Assembly: GCF_002310835.1 (NCBI RefSeq)
Contig: NZ_CP011041.1
Location: forward strand, 660,001-692,000
Source of the DNA: Pseudoalteromonas tetraodonis
Lineage (GTDB): Bacteria; Pseudomonadota; Gammaproteobacteria; Enterobacterales; Alteromonadaceae
Direction of reading: 5' to 3'
DNA length: 32,000 nt
Shown: positions 1-8,435 of the stretch, piece after piece
How positions within the stretch are numbered: the stretch's first letter is position 1
How the letters are laid out: each line of letters starts with the position of its first letter
The notes under the pieces: generated by a model
Seen by the model: only the letters and a program-made list of their open reading frames with translations
The model's database searches: none
Told to the model about the DNA's origin: nothing
Translations under genes and position numbers: made by a program

Positions 1-4
1 AGTT

Positions 5-1384
5 ATGGCCAAACCAGATAAGCAAGTCGACACTCTTAAAGTTCCTCCCCATTCAATAGAAGCTGAACAATCTGTTTTAGGTGGTTTAATGCTTGATAAT
101 CAAGCATTTGATCGCGTAGCTGAACTTGTTGTGTCACAGGACTTTTATACCCGTACCCATAAGCTTATTTTTGAGGCAATGACAGCACTGGCTGAAATTG
201 GCGATCCGATTGATTTAATTACTATTTCTGAAAGTTTAGAAAAAAATAATCAGCTTTCAGGGATTGGTGGCTTTGCGTATTTAGCCGAAATAGCTAAAAA
301 CACCCCAAGTGCTGCTAATATTGATGCTTACGCTAGCATTGTACGCGAGCGTGCAGTTGTGCGTGAAATGATTGGTGTCGCCAATGAAATTGCTGAGGCA
401 GGCTTTAACCCAGAAGGGCGCACAAGTCACGATTTACTCGACTTTGCTGAGAGCAAAGTATTTAAAATTGCTGAGCAACGTACAAAAAGTAGTGATGGCC
501 CGCAAAGCATTCACAACATACTTGAAAAAACCGTTGATAAAATAGAAGAGCTTTATCAATCGCCACAAGATGGTGTTACCGGTGTAAGCACAGGTTACGC
601 TGATTTAGATAAAATGACGACTGGTCTGCAGCCCTCAGATTTAATTATTGTAGCAGCACGTCCATCGATGGGTAAAACTACCTTTGCGATGAACCTTGCT
701 GAGCATGCAGCAATGACCCAAGACAAGCCTGTACTTATCTACTCACTAGAGATGCCCTCTGAACAAATTATGATGAGGATGCTGGCGTCCCTTGGCCGAA
801 TTAACCAAACCAAAGTACGTACTGGTCAGCTAGATGACGATGACTGGGCGCGCCTTTCATCAACCATGGGGTTACTCATGGAAAAAGGCAAAATGTATGT
901 TGATGACGCCTCAGGCTTAACACCCACTGATGTACGTTCACGTGCACGTCGTATTGCCCGCGATCATGGTGGTATTAGTATGATCATGGTCGATTACCTA
1001 CAATTAATGCGCGTACCTAGCTTGTCAGATAATCGTACCTTAGAAATTGCCGAAATTTCACGTTCACTTAAAGCATTAGCAAAAGAATTACAGTGTCCGG
1101 TTGTTGCACTATCGCAGCTTAACCGTACCCTAGAGCAACGTGCTGATAAACGCCCAATTAACTCAGATTTGCGTGAGTCGGGCTCTATTGAGCAAGATGC
1201 CGATTTAATCATGTTTATTTATCGTGACGAAGTATACAACGAAGACAGTACTGATAAAGGTGTTGCAGAAATTATCATCGGTAAACAGCGTAACGGTCCG
1301 ATTGGTAAAGTGCGCCTAACCTTCCAAGGTCAATTCTCTCGCTTTGATAATTACGCGGGGCCTGCTGTAGATGATGATTACTAA
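5..1384 (+). CDS. dnaB: Replicative DNA helicase DnaB
   Basis: 459-aa ORF colinear with E. coli DnaB as I recall it. Shared elements: VPPHSIEAEQSVLGGLMLDN, Walker A ARPSMGKTTF, SLEMPSEQIMMR, RESGSIEQDADLIMFIYRDEVY and C-terminal RFDNYAGP. Its stop overlaps the alr start (TAATG). Confidence 0.97.
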   Translation: MAKPDKQVDTLKVPPHSIEAEQSVLGGLMLDNQAFDRVAELVVSQDFYTRTHKLIFEAMTALAEIGDPIDLITISESLEKNNQLSGIGGFAYLAEIAKNTPSAANIDAYASIVRERAVVREMIGVANEIAEAGFNPEGRTSHDLLDFAESKVFKIAEQRTKSSDGPQSIHNILEKTVDKIEELYQSPQDGVTGVSTGYADLDKMTTGLQPSDLIIVAARPSMGKTTFAMNLAEHAAMTQDKPVLIYSLEMPSEQIMMRMLASLGRINQTKVRTGQLDDDDWARLSSTMGLLMEKGKMYVDDASGLTPTDVRSRARRIARDHGGISMIMVDYLQLMRVPSLSDNRTLEIAEISRSLKALAKELQCPVVALSQLNRTLEQRADKRPINSDLRESGSIEQDADLIMFIYRDEVYNEDSTDKGVAEIIIGKQRNGPIGKVRLTFQGQFSRFDNYAGPAVDDDY

Positions 1385-2463
1385 TGCGCTTAGCTATTGC
1401 CGAAATTAACTTACAAGCACTTGCTCATAATTTAGCGCAAGTGCGACAGTTTGCGCCTAACAGTAAAGTTATGGCGGTATTAAAAGCCAATGCTTATGGC
1501 CATGGTTTAGTTAAAATAGCGCAGCACCTTAATGATGCCGACGCATTTGCAGTGGCACGAATAGATGAAGCGCTCGCACTTCGAGCAGGCGGGCTGACCA
1601 AGCCTATTGTGTTGTTGGAAGGTTTTTTCCATCAAGATGACTTGCCGATTTTATTAGCCAATAACTTTCAAACCATAATCCATGATGAAAACCAGCTCAG
1701 AGCACTTGAAAATGCAAAGCTCGATGCACCAATCAGTTGCTGGTTAAAAATCAATACGGGTATGCATCGTTTAGGGGTTGCACCAACGCAATTGAATGAT
1801 TTTTATCAGCGCTTGCAAGCGACTAATAACGCTAAAGATACAATCAATTTAATGACGCACTTTTCCAGTGCCGATGATGTTAATGATCCCAAAACAGCTG
1901 AGCAAATTGCTTTGTTTGATTCATTAGTGCAAGGCAAACAACAAGCACATTGTTTAGCAAATTCGGCCGGTATTATTGCTTGGCCTGCCGGTCATGGCGA
2001 GTGGGTGCGTCCAGGCTTGATGATGTATGGTGTATCACCAATGCTTAACACTTCAGGCAAAGATCATCAGCTTAAGCCGGTGATGCGCTTAACCACTAAG
2101 GTTATTGCAATTCGCGATGTTGATGCTGCGCAAGGTGTTGGTTATGGTGGTAGTTGGCAAAGTGCTCAGCCGACTAAGCTTGCAGTGGTTGCTATGGGCT
2201 ATGGTGATGGTTATCCGCGTCATGCTAAACATGGTACCCCAGTAGTGATTGCTGGCAAACGTTATGGTATTGCTGGCAACATCTCTATGGATATGATCAG
2301 TGTTGATATTGGTGAAAATGCTGATGGCATCAAAGTCGGCGATGAGGTAGTAATGTGGGGCCCTGAGTTGCCGGTAGAAGAAATTGCACAATGTGCTGAT
2401 ACTATATCTTACGAGTTATTGTGTAATATTACACCGCGCGTAAGTTATGAGTACCAGCGCTAA
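1384..2463 (+). CDS. alr: Alanine racemase
   Basis: 359-aa ORF with the PLP-lysine motif AVLKANAYGHG and the C-terminal ISYELLCNI region typical of Alr. The dnaB-alr arrangement matches enterobacterial synteny. Confidence 0.95.
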   Translation: MRLAIAEINLQALAHNLAQVRQFAPNSKVMAVLKANAYGHGLVKIAQHLNDADAFAVARIDEALALRAGGLTKPIVLLEGFFHQDDLPILLANNFQTIIHDENQLRALENAKLDAPISCWLKINTGMHRLGVAPTQLNDFYQRLQATNNAKDTINLMTHFSSADDVNDPKTAEQIALFDSLVQGKQQAHCLANSAGIIAWPAGHGEWVRPGLMMYGVSPMLNTSGKDHQLKPVMRLTTKVIAIRDVDAAQGVGYGGSWQSAQPTKLAVVAMGYGDGYPRHAKHGTPVVIAGKRYGIAGNISMDMISVDIGENADGIKVGDEVVMWGPELPVEEIAQCADTISYELLCNITPRVSYEYQR

Positions 2464-2533
2464 TATTTATTTTAAAAATACCCATTAAGTTTACATTGCT
2501 AGAATGATCGTGATGCTCACTTAATCGGTATCG

Positions 2534-2773
2534 TTACTCTTTTATAAAGTAAATATCGCTAAAGCCCATGCGAGCAAATTCTTGATCACGAAAGTTACGC
2601 ACAGCCGATGACCCTTTAGAGGTCATTTCAATTTGGCGTACCATGTTTAAGTAGTTAGTTAAATCGATACCTTCGGCAGCCGCAATAGCCTGATACATAT
2701 CGTGGTATTTATCTTTGGCGAAGTTAATTTCGCGCGGTTGATTTTTAAAAGTGTAGGTAATTCTGCGTGCCAT
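2534..2773 (-). CDS. Small hypothetical protein (79 aa), function unknown
   Basis: Clean ORF with balanced, protein-like composition, convergent with alr and divergent from the next cassette. The RBS is weak and I cannot name a motif with confidence. Confidence 0.5.
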   Translation of the reverse strand: MARRITYTFKNQPREINFAKDKYHDMYQAIAAAEGIDLTNYLNMVRQIEMTSKGSSAVRNFRDQEFARMGFSDIYFIKE

Positions 2774-2873
2774 AATGAGCTCATTTAAGTTGAGTGTTAG
2801 TGTAATTTTACACTGTATTTAAGTTGCGTTGAATGATTAGTTGAAATCAAATAATTAAAAAGGTGAGTTTGAA

Positions 2874-3125
2874 ATGAAGTTATCAGTAGAGATCAGTAAA
2901 TACCCGCTCCACCAAGATTACATTCCTTTTATTAAAGGCTTTATCGACAGAGTTAATGCCTACGAAGAACTCAAAGTGATCACTAATACGATGTCGACCC
3001 AAATATTTGGTGATTATGATCTAGTTATGCAAGTGATCAGCACAGAAATTAAACATTCATATGAGCAATTTGGTAAAGCTATATTTGTGTGTAAATTTAT
3101 TTCGGGCGATTTATCTCCCGAATAA
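2874..3125 (+). CDS. MTH1187/YkoF-like small (thiamine-binding type) domain protein
   Basis: 83 aa with a good RBS (AAGGTG 8 nt upstream). The pattern VEISKYPL..DYIPFIKGFIDRV....LKV..NTMSTQIFGDYDLVMQVI resembles the single-domain MTH1187/YkoF ACT-like family. Assignment is by eye only. Confidence 0.5.
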   Translation: MKLSVEISKYPLHQDYIPFIKGFIDRVNAYEELKVITNTMSTQIFGDYDLVMQVISTEIKHSYEQFGKAIFVCKFISGDLSPE

Positions 3126-3152
3126 CCTCTTAACAAACACGGTCGTTTTATA

Positions 3153-3779
3153 ATGATGGATTTTGTAACGCAAATACTCAGTGGTTTTACTGCTATGTCG
3201 CATTGGGAATATATTGCGGTTGCTTTGTCGATGGCGTATTTATTACTGGCCATTAAAGAGAACTTATGGTGCTGGCCTGCGGCTTTTTTTAGTACGCTTA
3301 TTTATACCATTATGTATTGGAATGGCGCGCTGCTAATGGAGTCGTTACTAAACTTTTATTATATGTATATGGCGGTGTTTGGTTGGGTCGTGTGGCGCAA
3401 AGGCAAGGCTAATCAAGCGCAGCGACTAATTACATCCTGGCCGGTAAACCGACATATTATTTTAATTGTACTGACTACATTAGTGTCATTAGCAATTGGC
3501 TATGTAATGCAAAACTATACGCATGCAGATTTTGCGTATCTTGATAGTTTCACAACTTGCTTTGCTGTGGTTACTACGTATCTGGTAGCTAAAAAAGTAC
3601 TAGAAAATTGGCTCTATTGGATAGTCATTGATGCGGCCTCTATGTATTTGTACTATGAAAAAGGCTATTACCCAACCCTTGTTTTATTTGTATTTTATAC
3701 CGTTATGGCAGCATGGGGATTTAAAACGTGGTACGAAGAATATGAGCAAAGCCAAGCCAAGCCCATGGCGCAACTTTAA
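3153..3779 (+). CDS. pnuC: PnuC-family (nicotinamide riboside / thiamine type) transporter
   Basis: 208 aa with multiple TM segments. It shows Trp-rich Pnu motifs (NLWCWPAAF, FGWVVWRKG) and KKVLENWLYWIVID, which matches E. coli PnuC RKYVENWLLWVIIN. Confidence 0.85.
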   Translation: MMDFVTQILSGFTAMSHWEYIAVALSMAYLLLAIKENLWCWPAAFFSTLIYTIMYWNGALLMESLLNFYYMYMAVFGWVVWRKGKANQAQRLITSWPVNRHIILIVLTTLVSLAIGYVMQNYTHADFAYLDSFTTCFAVVTTYLVAKKVLENWLYWIVIDAASMYLYYEKGYYPTLVLFVFYTVMAAWGFKTWYEEYEQSQAKPMAQL

Positions 3780-3782
3780 TCT

Positions 3783-4586
3783 ATGAACCCGCATTCTCAG
3801 TTAGTTAATATTTGTGGCGCGTTTTTAGTACCGAGCACAATAACCTCAACAGAGTATTTGGTTAACGGTTTAAGCAACGATAACTTTTTGATCCGTACTG
3901 ACAGCCAAGCTTATTTATTAAAGTGTTATAAATCGTATTGGCCACAAGTAGGGTTACATGCCCAGTATGAGCTCAGTAAACAACAAGTTTGCTCTGCTCC
4001 CATCTGGCTTGATAAGCAAAATAAGCGCGCAGCTTTTAACTATATTGATGGCGACGTCGCGCAGTCTTATTTGGCGATGCCGCTACTGACTAAACTTGTT
4101 AAGCTACATGCGTATACAACTAATAATGAGGCAATGAATATAGCTTTGGAATTGCAAGCCTATCAGCATTTATTAGTGTTTAAACAGTATGAAAAGCTCA
4201 TAAACAAGACATTAAAAAGCATAGCCAACATGCCCGTAGATAGCGGCTTTTGCCATAACGACTTAGTCAAAGAAAATATCGTGGTAAACCCGCAAGGCGT
4301 TTATTTAATCGATTTTGAGTATGCTCAAACAAATGATGTGTATTTTGATCTTGCTGCGTTAGCGGTTAGTTTTAAATTAGATGCTTCAGGCAAGCAGGCT
4401 CTGCTTAACAATTACAAAATGCACACCCTATCAGAACAATTTTATTTATCTATGCATAAACTCAATTGCTATCAGTTAGTTTACTTACTGTTATGTATAG
4501 GTTGGTATGAGCAACGCGCTATAAACAATCAGGTTGTTGTATTGCGCGCGCAACTGGATGAGCTTATTGCTTTTATGGAGGGTTAA
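3783..4586 (+). CDS. APH/choline-kinase-fold phosphotransferase (thiamine kinase ThiK-like)
   Basis: 267 aa with the Brenner motif FCHNDLVKENIVV and the metal-binding motif LIDFEYAQTNDVYFDLA, as in choline/ethanolamine/thiamine kinases. The start lies 4 nt after the pnuC-like stop. Confidence 0.75.
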   Translation: MNPHSQLVNICGAFLVPSTITSTEYLVNGLSNDNFLIRTDSQAYLLKCYKSYWPQVGLHAQYELSKQQVCSAPIWLDKQNKRAAFNYIDGDVAQSYLAMPLLTKLVKLHAYTTNNEAMNIALELQAYQHLLVFKQYEKLINKTLKSIANMPVDSGFCHNDLVKENIVVNPQGVYLIDFEYAQTNDVYFDLAALAVSFKLDASGKQALLNNYKMHTLSEQFYLSMHKLNCYQLVYLLLCIGWYEQRAINNQVVVLRAQLDELIAFMEG

Positions 4587-4765
4587 AGTCCGCCAAAGCG
4601 TTCCGCAAGCTCTTTGTATTTTGCTACTTCATCAGCGTCAAATTGCATTTCGCCGTTATCATCTTCTGATTTAGCGATTAATAGGCTTTCTCGAGCAAGG
4701 CGTTTAACGCGCTCTGCTTTTACACCTAAAAATTCAGCAACTTGCTCTGTTGACATTAACTTCAT
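4583..4765 (-). CDS. Small helix-turn-helix DNA-binding protein (excisionase/MerR-like HTH)
   Basis: I trimmed the start to MKLMSTEQ, which has a GAGGA RBS 7 nt upstream. STEQVAEFLGVKAERVKRLARE is a typical HTH_17-type motif. The product is 60 aa. Confidence 0.6.
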   Translation of the reverse strand: MKLMSTEQVAEFLGVKAERVKRLARESLLIAKSEDDNGEMQFDADEVAKYKELAERFGGL

Positions 4766-5002
4766 AATTACTTCCTCGTGTTTAATCTTTCCGTTCAGTG
4801 ACAATAATAGATAATATGTGTCTAAAGCGTTACTGTTTTTTTATAGAATATAAACAAATAGCGCTTTTTTTACCTTTTGTGAAGTGATTAGTTTAAATTA
4901 TAGACATGTAAACGAATCATGCTGGCATTTATACAAAGATGCCTTTATTATTGCGCATGCTAAAGCATTGATATCGCGAGTTGATGTGGCGGCAACAAAT
5001 GT

Positions 5003-5077
5003 GCTCTCGTGGTGAAATGGATATCACGTGGCCCTCCGGAGGCTAAGTTGTAGGTTCGATCCCTACCGAGAGCGCCA
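5003..5077 (+). tRNA. tRNA-Arg (anticodon CCG)
   Basis: Hand-folded cloverleaf of 75 nt. Acceptor GCTCTCG/CGAGAGC, D arm GTGA-AATGGATA-TCAC, anticodon arm TGGCC-CTCCGGA-GGCTA, 4-nt variable loop. T arm GTAGG-TTCGATC-CCTAC, discriminator G, encoded CCA. Confidence 0.85.
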
Positions 5078-5361
5078 TTTGCGTTTAAAGTATCATTTCC
5101 TGTTTCTTCCTCAAAATACCTACAATTATTTAAATCAGTCCGCTGCCTTACCTTATTTAATTTTCGATAATAAAATATGTAGCAATCTATTTTATACCTT
5201 TAGGCGTATATTCATTGCTGAGCTTATGATTTATTCTTGGTGGTGCGTATAATTATTGATGTTAATCATTTATTATTACCCTGAACTCAAAAGCTAGACT
5301 TTTATATCTAAATAATGCTATTTAAAGTATATATTCATTAATTATAGAAACCCTCATTTTT

Positions 5362-6579
5362 ATGCTAATCACCTTACCTATATCAGAACTCGTTCCAGGC
5401 ATGTACGTAAATAGCGTTACTAAGCAGCAGGAGAGTGTGGATGGCATAAAAATTAAAACCAGTGGTTTGGTTCGTGATAAATCAATCATTCAGCGTTTAA
5501 TTACCGAAGGGGTGCTTGAGCTTCTCATCGACTTTACAAAAAGTGATGTCGCCGTACCAGCTAAATACAAAGAAAAACAAAAACCACAAGCTCCTGTAGC
5601 TAAGCAAGATAAGCCAGTTAAGGCAAAGGTTGCTATAAGCTTAGAGCAAGAGTTTGCAAAAGCCAGTGTGAGTTATGATGCGCACAACAGAAAACTACAA
5701 AGTATTTTTGGTGATTTAACATCAGGTTTGTCACTTAATATTGAAGCGCTCAATGAAATAAGTAATGAAATAGTGAGCTCTGTATTTCGTAATGAACACG
5801 CTATGACTATTTTAACTCGGATCAAAGATAAGCACAGTTACAACTGGCGTCATATGATCAACTGCACCATTTTTACAGCGGTGTTTGCTAAATACTTAGG
5901 TTATAAACGCGCTGTTGTGCAAGAGCTTGCAATGGGGGCTTTAATGCATGACTTAGGTCAGGCTAAGTTACCGCAAGGGATATTTTCCAAACCAGGAAAA
6001 GTCACAGGTAACGAAATGACGGCAATAAAAAAGCATGTCGCACAAAGCTTAGGATTGTTAAAAGGCGGAAAAGGTATTACGCCTTTAATGCTTGATATGA
6101 TTGTAAATCATCATGAGCGTCTTGATGGTTCAGGCTATCCAAGAGGTGTAGATGGAAGCAAATTAAGCCGCCCAGCTCGGATCATTGCTATTGTAGACGT
6201 ATACGATGCATTGACAGCAGATAGACCGCATCAAGAGGGTGATGAGCCAATTAATGCGCTTCGCTATTTGTTGGCTAACAAACAGCTGTTTGATGCAGAG
6301 TTAGTACAGTTATTTATTAAGTGTTTAGGTGTACACCCAGTAGGAACTATTGTTAAGTTAACTAATGAGCGTTTGGCGTTGGTGCTAGAGGGCAATCATT
6401 CAAACCCTATCAAACCTAAAGTGAAGCTTTTTTACAATGCTAAACATAACCACCATGTTACCGCAAAAGATATAGATTTAAGCTTAAATAATAACGAGAT
6501 AAAAATACAGGCAAGTGTCAAACCCGCTGATTATAAGATTAATTTGCCTCGGCTTTTAAAAGAGCATTTACTGCTTTAG
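5362..6579 (+). CDS. HD-GYP domain c-di-GMP phosphodiesterase (N-terminal DUF3391-like domain)
   Basis: 405 aa with HDLGQ and HHERLDGSGYP motifs, plus a Lys/Pro-rich linker after the N-terminal domain. Confidence 0.9.
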   Translation: MLITLPISELVPGMYVNSVTKQQESVDGIKIKTSGLVRDKSIIQRLITEGVLELLIDFTKSDVAVPAKYKEKQKPQAPVAKQDKPVKAKVAISLEQEFAKASVSYDAHNRKLQSIFGDLTSGLSLNIEALNEISNEIVSSVFRNEHAMTILTRIKDKHSYNWRHMINCTIFTAVFAKYLGYKRAVVQELAMGALMHDLGQAKLPQGIFSKPGKVTGNEMTAIKKHVAQSLGLLKGGKGITPLMLDMIVNHHERLDGSGYPRGVDGSKLSRPARIIAIVDVYDALTADRPHQEGDEPINALRYLLANKQLFDAELVQLFIKCLGVHPVGTIVKLTNERLALVLEGNHSNPIKPKVKLFYNAKHNHHVTAKDIDLSLNNNEIKIQASVKPADYKINLPRLLKEHLLL

Positions 6580-6859
6580 CGTTACATCTTCTTTTTTCGT
6601 TTGTTTTAACAGAAATATAGCCACCCAAAAAACAACTTCCCATCAGCGTTAACCACAGTAATGTGCCTAGTTCTACATGCAGCGCTAAGCAACAAAAAAC
6701 CAAAGAAATAATCGCCATGGCAATGGCTGCGAGCCAATATTGATTGACAGGATTGTCACATTTCCCAGCACGCGTACACGCGCAATAATTTGCCTTATAA
6801 AAGAAATAAACACTAATGCCGCAAAAAATAAGCCCAGCAAGAATAAGTAAAATGATCAC
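6539..6859 (-). CDS. Small Cys-rich integral membrane protein, function unknown
   Basis: I trimmed the start to the GTG preceded by a GGGAGA RBS. Three predicted TM helices and a loop motif CACTRAGKC. The 3' end overlaps the HD-GYP gene by 41 bp. Confidence 0.55.
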   Translation of the reverse strand: MIILLILAGLIFCGISVYFFYKANYCACTRAGKCDNPVNQYWLAAIAMAIISLVFCCLALHVELGTLLWLTLMGSCFLGGYISVKTNEKRRCNAKAVNALLKAEAN

Positions 6860-6936
6860 AGTTTTCTCCCTTTGTGATTTTAATTGCAGTGTAAATTGCA
6901 AAGTATTTTAAGTCAATGCAAATAAGAATTAATCTC

Positions 6937-6956
6937 ATTAGAGTATATACTCTAAT
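6937..6956. repeat. Perfect 20-bp palindrome ATTAGAGTATATACTCTAAT (candidate operator)
   Basis: Verified base by base. It lies in the divergent region between the small membrane protein gene and fadL. Confidence 0.9.
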
Positions 6957-6963
6957 ACCACAC

Positions 6964-6980
6964 TTCTTGTCCGATGAGTT
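6964..6980 (+). promoter_or_regulatory. Candidate FadR-type operator upstream of fadL
   Basis: TTCTTGTCCGATGAGTT matches about 12 of 15 defined positions of the E. coli FadR consensus as I recall it (ANCTGGTCCGAYNTGTT). It sits 162 bp upstream of the fadL ATG. Confidence 0.3.
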
Positions 6981-7141
6981 TTAAATAGTTGTTAAATTGT
7001 CGTTAAAAAACGTGTTTTTTGGCCTTCTTTAACGTTTTAGTAAGGTTTTTTATAAAAAATTAAGGTAGGGTACGCAGGTTTGAAACTCTAATAACAACAC
7101 ACATAGCTATCCAAACAGTAAGTTTGGCTAAGGACACAACA

Positions 7142-8431
7142 ATGAAATTTACTAAAACTCTTATTGCGGCATCGCTGGCATTTGTTTCAGCTGATACTTT
7201 TGCAGCGGCTTTTCAGCTTGCTGAGCAAAACGTATCTGGTTTAGGTCGTGCATACGCAGGTGAAGCGTCTGTAGCAGACGATGCGTCTGTGGTTTCACGT
7301 AACCCAGCATTAATGACGTTGTTTAAAGAGAAGCAACTTAGTGTTGCAGCTATGGCTGTCATTCCTGATGTTAGCCTTAAAGGCACAGGTAATGCCTACG
7401 GTTTAGATAACAGCGCACTAGATGATGACAGCATTGCACCAAGTGCGATTATTCCAGCGGGTTATTTCACTATGCCAGTAAACGATAAGGTATCGGTTGG
7501 TTTTGGTGCTTTTTCTAACTTTGGCCTTGCTACTGAGTTTAACGATGATTACGCAGCTGGCCAAATTGCCGGTGAAACTGAAATTGTTACTGTAAACATG
7601 AACGCAAGTGTTGCTTATAAAGTATCAGAGCAGTTTAGCTTTGGTATTGGTTTGAATGCAATTTATGCAGAAGCGAAGATTATCCGTAAGTTTGGTTTCG
7701 TACCTCCTGTAAACCCTGTTATTGCATCTATTCCTGCAAGTGCTGATGCGGTTAACCTTGAAGGTGATGATATGGGTTACGGCTTAAACGTTGGCTTAAT
7801 GTATCAGCTAGATGAAAATAGCCGCTTTGGTTTTAATTACCGCACAGAAACAGACATCACTTTTGAAGGCGAGTACTTTACACAGCTTCCAGTATCACCA
7901 CTTCAAAATCAAGTTTTACCAGGCTCTGTTGAAATCACATTGCCAGCAATTGCTGAGTTCTCTGGTTCTCACCAGTTAGATGAAAAGCTAGGCGTTCACT
8001 ACAGCGTATTATGGACAGGTTGGAGCAGCTTTGATTCATTAGAAGCACAAGTTACTGCGCCTACAGGCGATAAGTTCAGTGCCTTCGAAAAAACAGAAGA
8101 TTTCTCTGATGCAATGCGCTACTCAATTGGTACTGATTACCAGTACAGCGAAAACTTAATGCTTCGCGCTGGTTTTGCGTTTGATGAATCACCAGTATCA
8201 CAACAGCATTTATCAATTTCTATCCCTGATACAGACCGTTTCTGGTTCTCGTTCGGTGGTAACTACGCGATTGATCAAAACTCAAATGTTGATTTAGGTG
8301 TGAGTGTATTACGTGGTAAAACGCAAAAGTTCACTGAAAAAGTAGAAAGCGAAACGCTACCTCAGCAATGGTCTTTTGAATCAAAAGGTCATGCAGTACT
8401 TATTGGTGCTCAGTATAACTACACGTTCTAA
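7142..8431 (+). CDS. fadL: Long-chain fatty acid outer-membrane transporter FadL
   Basis: Start moved to the ATG (MKFTKTLIAASLAF signal peptide). FadL N-terminal signature AAFQLAEQNVSGLGRAYAGEA, a beta-barrel pattern and a C-terminal aromatic residue (YNYTF). Confidence 0.92.
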   Translation: MKFTKTLIAASLAFVSADTFAAAFQLAEQNVSGLGRAYAGEASVADDASVVSRNPALMTLFKEKQLSVAAMAVIPDVSLKGTGNAYGLDNSALDDDSIAPSAIIPAGYFTMPVNDKVSVGFGAFSNFGLATEFNDDYAAGQIAGETEIVTVNMNASVAYKVSEQFSFGIGLNAIYAEAKIIRKFGFVPPVNPVIASIPASADAVNLEGDDMGYGLNVGLMYQLDENSRFGFNYRTETDITFEGEYFTQLPVSPLQNQVLPGSVEITLPAIAEFSGSHQLDEKLGVHYSVLWTGWSSFDSLEAQVTAPTGDKFSAFEKTEDFSDAMRYSIGTDYQYSENLMLRAGFAFDESPVSQQHLSISIPDTDRFWFSFGGNYAIDQNSNVDLGVSVLRGKTQKFTEKVESETLPQQWSFESKGHAVLIGAQYNYTF

Positions 8432-8435
8432 TGCT

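Noticed and set aside
2774-2873. Possible TPP riboswitch ahead of the YkoF-like/PnuC-like/kinase cassette
   Set aside because: I read the region on the plus strand and found no CTGAGA box and no ACCTGA...GCG...GGGA core. The region is also too short and AT-rich for the THI element. An Rfam scan would settle this.
994-3253. Minus-strand ORFs 994-1212, 2089-2391 and 3014-3253
   Set aside because: Each is antisense to a well-supported gene (dnaB, alr, and the YkoF-like/pnuC-like junction) and has no independent support.
4614-4814. 66-aa plus-strand ORF
   Set aside because: It is the antisense shadow of the HTH gene. Its Ser-rich translation has no start context.
5028-5252. 74-aa plus-strand ORF
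   Set aside because: It starts inside tRNA-Arg and runs into very AT-rich DNA. It has no RBS and an implausible composition.
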